From assembly GCA_002794465.1 (NCBI GenBank), contig MTSL01000199.1:34291-66290 (forward strand): a stretch of DNA of 32,000 nt, written 5' to 3'. This document shows positions 12,401 to 20,755 of this stretch, in pieces; positions within the stretch are counted from its first letter, which is position 1; every line of letters begins with the position of its first letter. The notes beneath the pieces were generated by a model, which was given only the letters and a program-made list of their open reading frames with translations, searched no databases and had not been told where the DNA came from. This DNA comes from Paramicrosporidium saccamoebae KSL3 (Eukaryota; Fungi; Cryptomycota). A program made the position numbers and the translations under genes.

Positions 12401-12980
12401 CCCCGATTCAGTGGCAAGGTAATTCTCACATGGGGATACTTCGGCATATTCGATACTGGCGGGCAGAGAATGTGCCAGAGTGCAGATCCACACCCCAGGG
12501 AATTGGGAACCCGCATTTAGACGAGGGATGACGCACTCCCATACCGATAGAGAGTCTCCAAGCACCACCAAATGATCAGAGCCTTTCCAGGAAACACAAT
12601 TTACTGCAAATTTTTGCGACAGAATCACTGAATGAGACCAGTGTGGGGAGCCTGTGGAGTCAGTCGTGCATCGCAGTAACTCGACCTCCATTCCATATCC
12701 CACAGCAATCTACAGAGTTGAGCAGTGACGAGGCAGTACAATCCCAGTTTTCGAGTTCATGCGAACAGCCTTAATAATACTAGTTCGACATTGAGTGCTC
12801 AGAACGTGAACCAGCTCGAGACATTCGTTGAACATGAAAACACAGGACCCGCTAGCCCAGAACTAATCAAAATGAGTCTAGATTTATGCCAGATACTATC
12901 CAAATCTGTCCATTATACACGGCTACACTGAAAGCTGCCCTACGCCCTCCAGCCACGAGTGGCACAGAGGCCAAACTCAT
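9438..12980 (-). CDS. RAV1: RAVE complex subunit Rav1 / DmX-like (WD40 plus Rav1p_C), about 1146 aa
   Basis: Rav1p_C motifs GFWIRN, CAILYLILG, KSLWK-like RSLWK, FLSSDF, AAKNAFAALSKQR..A..FF.LAG.LEDA.QVC and last exon CKSGCYDLAQRLV. Introns 12863-12896, 12710-12739 and 9675-9712 add two N-terminal exons and one C-terminal exon. Confidence 0.85.
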
Positions 12981-13022
12981 CCAAAAGGATTTAGGAAAAT
13001 ATAACCGGCTAAATTGATTTGT

Positions 13023-13891
13023 TTAAGCGTTATCTAACCGTGAATGAGTCATCCTCCTTTGGCATCTTGCTGGCCTTTGACAGGTGTGGCACGATCCAAT
13101 CTCTGTGATTTCAATGGAGCAGAGGTAGCAATAAGTATGCAAGCAAGGATGGGCAATGTATGTAACGGGTAGATCATTGGCCATACAGAGACCACATTGA
13201 GATTCCGATTGTTTTATGACGGAGCGGGGGCTCTTGTGAATTCTCTTGAAGAGAAGACTTAATCTTTGCATTGGAATCAACCGGAAAAAAATTTGCAGAG
13301 TTTCCTACTGATATGACATTCCAAATTTAACAGCCTGTACTGTGAATGCCTGCCAGAGTAACTGTCGGTTCATGTATGAAACGTCAACTAGATGCTGCTG
13401 ATCTGGCTCTTTTGGGATGAGGTTAATCCCAACCAAACGATAAAGTAGATCAGGGTACTTTCCTCGAAGCATAAAGGCGATGTGATTTAGGAATGTTAGA
13501 TATTCCATGAATGGGAACGAGCTGCCGGCCACAGCCATTCCCAAAGAAAAACACCATATTTTGGCATCGGTCATGGCTATAGATTTGTTGGCGACTGGAA
13601 TGGCGTACCATGTTCGGCTTTCAAGTTGAGCATAGTGGCACCAAATGGAACTCCAAACCTTCTCAAAGACAGGGCCATTATCAGAGCTCTGAGAGATGAA
13701 CGGACATGAGGACCCCAGCTCTGGGCAAATCGCGACTATAGTATTATGCTCCATCAACTCATTTCCGTGCCTACCTCATAGAGCTCGAATATCTTCCAAA
13801 AAGAGCTGCTCACCTCATTGACAGCCTCATCTTCTAGTAGCAATGAATCTAATTGATGGACGCGATTGCGCTCCCACTCGTCGGCTAGCAT
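13023..13891 (-). CDS. PEX2: Peroxin 2 (Pex2/Pex12 N-terminal domain plus RING)
   Basis: RVHQLDSLLL, GATMLNLK, NHIAFMLRGKYPDLLYRLVG and SYMNRQLLWQAFT|ET, then a C-terminal RING (CGLC...PCLHTYCYLC...CHTC). Introns 13736-13774, 13577-13608 and 13305-13340. Confidence 0.88.
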
Positions 13892-13934
13892 TTATGTCTA
13901 GCTGCCCTGGAAATGATAGATGCCATGGCTTAGT

Positions 13935-14188
13935 ATGAAGCCAACTCGGCTTGAAATTTTAAAGTTTGGACTATTTGTATTATTTCCTGTATCATTTACA
14001 TATTACACGAATCGTCCTTCATTCATCAATGAAGCCCGCTCAAAGGTACTTTAACAGCTCCTCATCATGCTGTCAGTCTGCCCGTCAGCCGTCGAATGAA
14101 GCATTAGAAGTAGCCCAACTTGACATGACTGTTTTTATAGTTAATTGAGGACAAAGATGCGCTTTTTGAACATTTGAAAAGTGCATGA
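13935..14188 (+). CDS. PET100: Cytochrome c oxidase assembly factor Pet100-like, 63 aa; exons 13935-14045, 14077-14109 and 14141-14188
   Basis: MKPTRLEILKFGLFVLFPVSFTYYTNRP matches the Pet100 LE++KF..Y+.FP+ transmembrane motif. Two 31-nt phase-0 GT-AG introns. Absent from the ORF track. Confidence 0.7.
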
Positions 14189-14454
14189 TGCTGTTTATAT
14201 TTGGGACTGCTAAAACCAAGGCGCTCTACCTTTGCTGAATAAATATGGTTCAAAAATTGGGGCCAAATAGGTTTGAGTATCTGGTGCATTTACGATACTA
14301 TTGTGGTAGAGAAGATTGATTAGCTGAGTGTTTGAGGACAATTCTTGTTTGGTGTTTGCTGTACTTGCAGTAATCGATAAAAGACAGTAAGATCTGTATC
14401 CATGATATTTTGGGACTAGCAGTGAACGATTTATTTTCCCTACTACGCGACACT

Positions 14455-15042
14455 TTATACTTTTGACACTGCCAGGATCGCTGTTCTGCATCCGGCTTGA
14501 ATAAATTTGTTCAAAACTGTGTACATTGGCGAGCGATTAGCGCCATTCTCTTCGGCGGCATCTTTGTGCTCCAACTCTTCATCACGCATCTTTCGAATGG
14601 CAGCGCGAAGATTAACGGTCGCGTCTTTCGGCTCCATGTCCAAGAGCTCTCTTATCTGGCTGTTATAGTGCTCTGCTACAACTGTCTCAACTGCCTCTGT
14701 GCAAGCCATTGCGGCTTCCTTGCCCAGCAGGGCAGTAGAGACGCCAAGAGCGTAGGCGATTCCGTGTGCAAGCGGAGTTAGCAATGTCTGTCGTGCATTG
14801 TACTGCCAAGCAAGCGTCCTTAGCGTTTGCAAGTGTTCCTTCTCCTGGTCATGCATGTGTTGCAACAATTCAGCCATTCTTTTGTCCTTGCCAAGGATCA
14901 GCTTTTGTCCTTCATAAATTCTATTAGCAGCAACCTCTCCAGCCAAGTCTATCCTCAGCATGACCCGTATCCTGTCAATTTGCTCACTTGAGAGAACTGT
15001 ATTTGTCCCAAGAGAGGAAGTCGACAGGAGTCTCCGAATCAT
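14455..15042 (-). CDS. COQ7: 5-demethoxyubiquinone hydroxylase Coq7/Clk-1/Cat5
   Basis: Di-iron motifs RIDLAGEVAANRIYEGQ, QEKEH, GKEAAMACTEAVETVVAEHYNSQ and RDEELEH. Short mitochondrial presequence-like N-terminus. No intron. Confidence 0.95.
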   Translation of the reverse strand: MIRRLLSTSSLGTNTVLSSEQIDRIRVMLRIDLAGEVAANRIYEGQKLILGKDKRMAELLQHMHDQEKEHLQTLRTLAWQYNARQTLLTPLAHGIAYALGVSTALLGKEAAMACTEAVETVVAEHYNSQIRELLDMEPKDATVNLRAAIRKMRDEELEHKDAAEENGANRSPMYTVLNKFIQAGCRTAILAVSKV

Positions 15043-15084
15043 CCAAGCCCGGTCTTGTTGGCCAACTGCAATCCTTATTTTTAT

Positions 15085-16359
15085 TTATGAGGACCATTTG
15101 TGAGCATGCTTACTGGAGTACTCGGCAAAGACGAGAACCGCTGCCCATGACTCTTCTCCAACTGAGACGATATGTTTGGGATCTAGAACGAATCCCGGCC
15201 CGTCAGTAAAAGTCGGTGGGAGCTCCACAGCAAGACTTAAGGGTCGGTAGTTATTCGTCAGGGCCATTTTCCTGCCTGCAATCCAGTCCGTCAGAGATCC
15301 GCTGGTCGGATAAAGGCTGCTCGATTGTTCCGGAGTATATACACGGCCATTCAGGCCAAAGGCCTTTTTCATTTTTTGTGTAAGCTCGATATATTGTTCG
15401 TGATTGTCAATTTCGTCACTTGTCCATCCATATGGGTACAAAATTAGCTGCGAGTAGCAGTGCCAATCAATCGCACCCACAATGTTGTGCTGCTTCTTAA
15501 TGTAATTCTGGATGGCTTGCGTTTCGGGTTCAGAGGCGGCACTAGGCCCTTGGAAGGTGTCCGAGACGGGAAATTTGGAAGCCCCACCCTGTCCCCAATG
15601 ATCGTCAAAATTTCTGTTCAAATCTACTCCTTTTCCAAACAGAACTGGAGCCATATTCTTTCTCCAGAGACGATTAGTGGTCCAAGTGTATTCATATCCA
15701 TCGGGATTCACTACTGGAACAATGATGAATTCAATGTCCTTGAGTTGGGATACATTGCAATCCACCAGTTTTTGACTTAAATACTGTACCACCGATCCAG
15801 AGATCCACTCTCTGGCGTGTATTAGGCCCTGAAACCAAATTTGCTTTTTATCGGGTCGAGGAGGGGTCAGATTGATGTGAATTGCAAACAAGTCACGTCC
15901 CTGGTGGGTCTTTCCTATGCTAGGGACAAACCGCACAGTTTCGGGATTTTTGGCAGCAAGGTTCTTATACCATTCTTTGATCTCGGCATAGGTATGATAC
16001 TCTGAAAACCAATCCTCTCCTGATCCACGCCTCTTTGCCTGCATGGCAAAACGGTGGCCTTCGAGATTAAGGGACGTTTGCAGGTCGGAGTTTATCACGG
16101 CCATGTTCAACTCTGGCATCGAGGAGAACAGCGCAAATTGGTCTGGATCCACGTGCGCTACAGCCTCTTGGAGCTCACTATTGTAAGACCAAATGTCGAC
16201 ATCGAGTTGGTTCAAATCCACAAGAATGTCAGGCTCAATGCCGCTAAACTTGACTACTTTGTGACCTCGGAGCTCGCTGTTCTTGTTATTGATGGGCGCT
16301 CTAGCGTTTGCCACATGAAAAATCCAGGCACAAAGGACTAGCGAATATTGTAAAAGCAT
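15085..16359 (-). CDS. Secreted M14A zinc carboxypeptidase (signal peptide, prodomain, catalytic domain), 424 aa
   Basis: HAREW, NPDGY, WRKN, GVDLNRNF, SEPET, DWHCYSQ, LYPTSGSLTDW and VELP. Hydrophobic start MLLQYSLVLCAWIFHVANA at 16359. Confidence 0.92.
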   Translation of the reverse strand: MLLQYSLVLCAWIFHVANARAPINNKNSELRGHKVVKFSGIEPDILVDLNQLDVDIWSYNSELQEAVAHVDPDQFALFSSMPELNMAVINSDLQTSLNLEGHRFAMQAKRRGSGEDWFSEYHTYAEIKEWYKNLAAKNPETVRFVPSIGKTHQGRDLFAIHINLTPPRPDKKQIWFQGLIHAREWISGSVVQYLSQKLVDCNVSQLKDIEFIIVPVVNPDGYEYTWTTNRLWRKNMAPVLFGKGVDLNRNFDDHWGQGGASKFPVSDTFQGPSAASEPETQAIQNYIKKQHNIVGAIDWHCYSQLILYPYGWTSDEIDNHEQYIELTQKMKKAFGLNGRVYTPEQSSSLYPTSGSLTDWIAGRKMALTNNYRPLSLAVELPPTFTDGPGFVLDPKHIVSVGEESWAAVLVFAEYSSKHAHKWSS

Positions 16360-16461
16360 TCTGTGTTGCTCAGGGTAACCAACCGGCTTTGTTGTATCAC
16401 CTCTGCAATACTCCAAAAATAGACAGCTACCCCGTAACAATGAGTCGCTGACCAATAAGAA

Positions 16462-16535
16462 TGTCTCGTTCCGGACTCGAACCGGAGACCGCCTGTGTGT
16501 TAGACAGGCGTGATAACCATCTACACCAACGAGAC
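16462..16535 (-). tRNA. tRNA-Val (anticodon AAC)
   Basis: Acceptor stem GTCTCGT/ACGAGAC. Anticodon arm CCTGT-CTAACAC-ACAGG. T arm TCCGG-TTCGAGT-CCGGA. D loop contains GG. Confidence 0.93.
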
Positions 16536-16615
16536 CCACAGCCGGGGAGTCTAGGAATAATAATCAATTTGCATATGATGGTGGTGGCCTTGAACCGATG
16601 AGCTGAGACGCATCG

Positions 16616-17297
16616 ATGGAGCGGCTCAGGGAGCAGAACCGCGTATATTTACAAAACCTAGTATGTTCCCTTGCCCGTTTACCAGTCTACTCTACGACCC
16701 GTAGTCTCTGGTGTAGATGTCGTGTTAATACCTTGTAGAGCCAGAGGACACTGTCAATGCACAGCAACTGGGCCTTGTCTATTTTGGGCAAGTCCCAAAA
16801 TCACCCACACATGACAACGTCGTCGACCCGATGAACTGTCCGTATTCGACTGGGAAGAAGCTTGCTTGTGGAGATTTCATTGACATTGACATTGACATTG
16901 ACATTGACAGAATTGCGTCGTCCAATTGCGCTGGATACATTGTTGCTTCTTTCTTGCAGTGAGCCAAATCGAATTGAAGCTTGATTTTAGGGAGCTTTGT
17001 CGGAGGCCTATTGATAGCACGGTTATTAGCACTGCAATAGAGTTGCTGTCAAAAGTTAAAGAGCTTCCCCGAATTCCGTCCAAAGTGATTGAATTCTACA
17101 TTAGCCTTTACGATAATTCTGATGACCTGCTGACAGGGAAGCTCTTGGAATTTATTATTGAAAAGGTTTGGTGTTCCTTGGACCAGCATGGCCGCAGGAC
17201 AATTGCACAAAGTTTTGATCCAAAAAAGACTACGATATACACTCTAAAAATAAAGGATGTCATGGCCTCATACTCTAAACGCGAGATGCATTTGTAA
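16616..17297 (+). CDS. Hypothetical protein, about 200 aa, helical C-terminal half; 5' exon structure uncertain
   Basis: ATG 16616, then introns 16701-16738 and 16959-16990, give one continuous frame into the 16926-17297 ORF. An alternative 5' splice using GTATGT at about 16661 is also possible. No family recognised. Confidence 0.5.
16879..16908 (+). repeat. (ATTGAC)5 microsatellite, predicted to encode an Ile-Asp repeat
   Basis: Five perfect hexamer copies, in frame inside the predicted second exon. Confidence 0.95.
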
Positions 17298-17524
17298 TCT
17301 ATGTGAGCTTTATAAGCTCTGTGTTGCAGTAAAAACTACAGAGTTTGATTCATGACATACATTTTCGTAATAGGAAAGACTGAGGAATTTTAATCAACTA
17401 TATGCTCTCACGTAATAATAACAACCGAGAGGGTTTGATCCAGGATGTTGTCTCGTAATCATCGCGACCAAAGACTTTTGATCTGCGTAAATACGCTCCC
17501 ACACTTTCTGCACTTTCCCACACC

Positions 17525-17941
17525 TCATAGAACAAACGTTGAAAAAAGACGGCTTTGTAGTGCTGACTGGACAGTTCCGTCTGAATCGAAAAATATTCCT
17601 TCTGATTCCAGTAAAAGTCTCTTTTTGGTGCACAACTCTCCATCCACCTTTGTTTCTCCAAGAAACCCACCCAGAGTATAGTCGGTTTTCAAAACTCGGT
17701 GACATGGAACGCGGGGAGCATATGGGTTCCTCTTCAAAGCCTGGCCAACTAAACATGCTTAGCAAGGTAAGAGTCGAGTGATTACCGGCACGCGGAGAGC
17801 TCTCAAGAGCGTCTGATAAGGCCTTGTATGTGCTAAAGTATCCTAGAAATGGGCATTTGAAGAATAAGGTCTACCTGCCGGCACTTGTGAGCAAAGTGAA
17901 TAAACTCGAGACTGGAAAGGAGTTACATCTTTATAGTCCAT
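17525..17941 (-). CDS. MGT1: O6-methylguanine-DNA methyltransferase, single-domain, 115 aa
   Basis: Spliced product TPFQSRVYSLCSQVPAG|YFSTYKALS...SPRA|VGQALKRNP...VPCHRV...LGGF...KRLLLESEG. Introns 17843-17874 and 17749-17785. Active-site PCHRV is intact. Confidence 0.9.
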
Positions 17942-18055
17942 TTCTTTGACCAATAGGGGCGCTGGTGTTCACATATTTAAATATATCAAGAATCCATCGA
18001 TGTTTTGTACATTTATTATCACCTCTGGTCGCCACCCACGTCCACGTCCACGCCC

Positions 18056-18607
18056 ATGCCATTGCTGCCCATCAATTTTGAAAAGTGGGTTGAAGAAAAC
18101 CGACACAGGTTGCAGCCGCCCGTTAATAATTGGTGTGTGCATGAAGGAGACGACTTTATTGTTATGGCCGTTGGTGGTCCCAATGAGCGCAGTGACTACC
18201 ACATCAATGAAACGGAAGTACAACTTTAGAGGGCCTAAATGGATTAGGAATGGTTTTACCAAATCAAAGGCGACATGCTGCTGAGGCTTGTGAATGACAA
18301 AGATGGTCTTTTGTCATTCAAAGACCAGGTGATTAAAGAGGGCGAAATGTTCTTGCTCCCTGCCAATGTGCCACACAATCCGGTGCGATATGGAGATACG
18401 GTTGGGATAGTGATAGAAAGACGCCGGATGGGGGAGCACACTGACCGGCTTTGTTGGTATTGCAAGGAATGCCGTAAGAGGTTTTACGAAGAAGCATTTC
18501 ATTGTGCCGACATTCAAACTCAGCTGAAGGAAATCATTGTCCGCTATGCCTCCACGACGAGCCTGCGCACTTGCAAGTTTTGCAATCACATTAATCCGCC
18601 CCAATAA
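18056..18607 (+). CDS. BNA1: 3-hydroxyanthranilate 3,4-dioxygenase
   Basis: [21 protein letters not shown]|[26 protein letters not shown] and two CxxC motifs (CKEC, CKFC). 30-nt intron 18218-18247. Confidence 0.95.
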
Positions 18608-18714
18608 TAAAATATATGGATCCGCATGACCAAGAAGAGATCACTTGGCAACAACCAATCAAGCAACCCGTTTGCTTGTATTTATTAGGAGCAGAATTTC
18701 GGGTTGCAGTTGCG

Positions 18715-20126
18715 ATGCCGGTGCCCGTGGACACTACTGGTCGCGACCTCCCTCCTCTTCCCAAGATTTACGGAGAGGACCGACGCGTGAACAAACCCGA
18801 AGAGTACTTTCGTCACCTGACGAGATATCGATATGCACGATTGTTGGGACAGGGGGCGTACGGGATGGTCTGGTAAGATGAGTACACGTGGCTAATTCTA
18901 GTGCGGCCATGGACCAACAAACAGGACACGCCGTAGCCATTAAACGGATCAACCAAATCAGCAGTCTCCTGGTGGCCCGGCGTACTCTGCGAGAGTTGAA
19001 GCTGCTCCGTCATTTCCAAGGGCATCCCAACATTATTGCAATTCGGGACCTCTTTCTGCAGAATCCACTTTCCTCCAACTTTGATGAGCTGTACATTGCC
19101 CAGGAGCTGATGGATGCTGACATGTGCCATATCATCCAGAGCAAGTATCCCTTGAGTGAGGAACATTGCAAAAGATTTCTTTATCAGTTGTTGCGTGGAC
19201 TAAAGGCCCTTCATTCGGCGAATGTGATTCATCGCGACCTGAAACCAGGAAATATTCTATGGAAACACAATGGAGAGCTGCGTATTTGCGACTTTGGTCT
19301 TGCACGGGGACTATCCGAACCATTGGATGGCACAGATCTGACGCTAACCAACTATGTAGCCACCCGCTGGTATCGACCTCCTGAAATCCTGCTTTACCGA
19401 ACGAGTTATGGGAAGCCACTGGACATTTGGTCAGTGGGATGCATCTTTGCAGAAATGCTGGGACGCAAAGTCTTTCTCCCAGGACAAAGCGGGTTTGAGC
19501 AGCTCCATCTGATTCTGCAGAAACTGGGAACTCCATCTGATGAGGTGATTGAGCGCATTCCGAGCACAAAGAGCAAATCATACCTGAAGAGACTGCCCCG
19601 CTATCCGGCCTATCCGCTGGCCAAACGTTTCCCCAATGCCTCTCTCGACGGTAGAAAAGCCCTATGAAACGTACTGATTATTAGCGATTGACTTGTTGGG
19701 GAAGATGCTGGCTTTTGATCCGACGGAACGGATTACCGTGGAAGAAGCCCTTGCCCATCCGTTTGTTGCCCGTTATCATGACCCGGCAGCTGAGCCGACA
19801 ATGTCATCATTTGACTTTGAATTCGACAGACGCTGTGTAACCCTTCCAGAAATCAAAAGTATCGCAATAGTGACAACTGACATTTAGACTGCATCCTGGA
19901 GGAGATTGGTTTGTACCGAGTTCCGCGCCCCGAAACGCCGTTATCACTCCGGTTGGGCGAGTTGCATATTAACCACGGTGCAACTGTCCTGGCTCAGCCC
20001 AAGCCTGCTGCCATTCGACCCACTAATGTAGTCCGAGGTGGTCCGCATGGCAACACCATTGTCTCCCGGGCATATGGTGATGGTAATGGACATTATGGTA
20101 ACGACAATAAGCACAAGAGCGCCTGA
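18715..20126 (+). CDS. MAP kinase, Slt2/Mpk1-like, with TNY activation motif
   Basis: [43 protein letters not shown]...[14 protein letters not shown] and [15 protein letters not shown]. Introns 18873-18901, 19651-19684 and 19859-19887. An alternative in-frame ATG lies at 18616. Confidence 0.9.
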
Positions 20127-20143
20127 TGCGCTATAGAGCGTCC

Positions 20144-20262
20144 ATTATGAATAGACTTTTTGGTGACGACAATGAGCGCCTGAGAGCATGATTACGAATA
20201 GACTTTTTGGTGACGAAAATAAGCGCCTTTGAGCGTGGATTACGAATAGACGTTTTGGTGAC
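20144..20262. repeat. 47-48 bp tandem repeat, about 2.5 copies, with a degenerate partial copy upstream
   Basis: The unit ATTA(T/C)GAATAGAC(T/G)TTTTGGTGAC starts at 20144, 20191 and 20239. Confidence 0.9.
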
Positions 20263-20327
20263 TTTGTCCAGGTGTGTAATATAGTATAGTAGATTTGCGA
20301 GATATTGGAATAATCCCCACGCAGTGA

Positions 20328-20412
20328 ACTAATCACCCCATATAGGGGACTAATCGCCTCACGTACTAAGCTAATCACCTCACGTATTAAACTAATCACC
20401 CCCACGTAGGGA
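20328..20412. repeat. 21-bp minisatellite, 4 copies (consensus about ACTAATCACCTCACGTA-NNN)
   Basis: Units start at 20328, 20349, 20370 and 20391. Confidence 0.9.
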
Positions 20413-20547
20413 CATGGTTTAATTGGGAATACTCAACTTCTCCCTCGACCCACTATGAAAATGTCGACTGTAATCGGATTACAGTCCGTGTACGACATCG
20501 ATCAAAAGATCTCTACCGATTCGGAATAAAGCCACTGATGAGAACAA

Positions 20548-20716
20548 CCAATAGACATTCGGCGTCGGTAGTTGTTTGCCGTTTAAGGGATGACGGGAAT
20601 CAGACGGCGCCGGTGGCAACCAATCAGCAGCGGGATATGACGACATCAACCAATGGAAGCCCCCGCCGGCATCCACCAATTTCTGTCAATGGGCAATCTG
20701 CGGAGTCATATAAAAG
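20548..20716 (+). promoter_or_regulatory. Four CCAAT boxes and a TATA box upstream of the surface-protein gene
   Basis: ACCAAT with cores at 20548, 20620, 20650 and 20676, including AACCAATCAG and AACCAATGG. TATAAAAG at 20709, 47 nt before ATG 20756. Confidence 0.6.
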
Positions 20717-20755
20717 GATGGGCCGCCTCCCTGGAGGTTGAGACAACGACGAAGA

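Noticed and set aside
14307-14324. AGAGAAGATTGATTAGC resembling the U6 ACAGAGA box region
   Set aside because: The ACAGAGA box is not intact and the flanking U6 sequence is absent.
14210-14403. Possible 50-aa spliced gene (MDTDLTVFYRLLQ|LINLLYHNS...) using a 41-nt intron 14324-14364
   Set aside because: It is spliceable but has no recognisable family and competing acceptors exist. It needs RNA-seq before being called.
16360-16539. N-terminal 60 aa of the 484-aa carboxypeptidase ORF
   Set aside because: This is read-through of the tRNA-Val sequence from a non-ATG start. The signal peptide starts at ATG 16359.
17305-17400. Short hairpins (GAGCTT-TAT-AAGCTC) and a C/D-box-like stretch between convergent genes
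   Set aside because: The C box is non-canonical, the stems are short enough to be chance, and the region is probably shared 3' UTR.
20145-20405. 86-aa minus-strand ORF with a 7-residue repeat (VISLIRE...)
   Set aside because: It is a by-product of the 21-bp and 47-bp repeats, with no other support.
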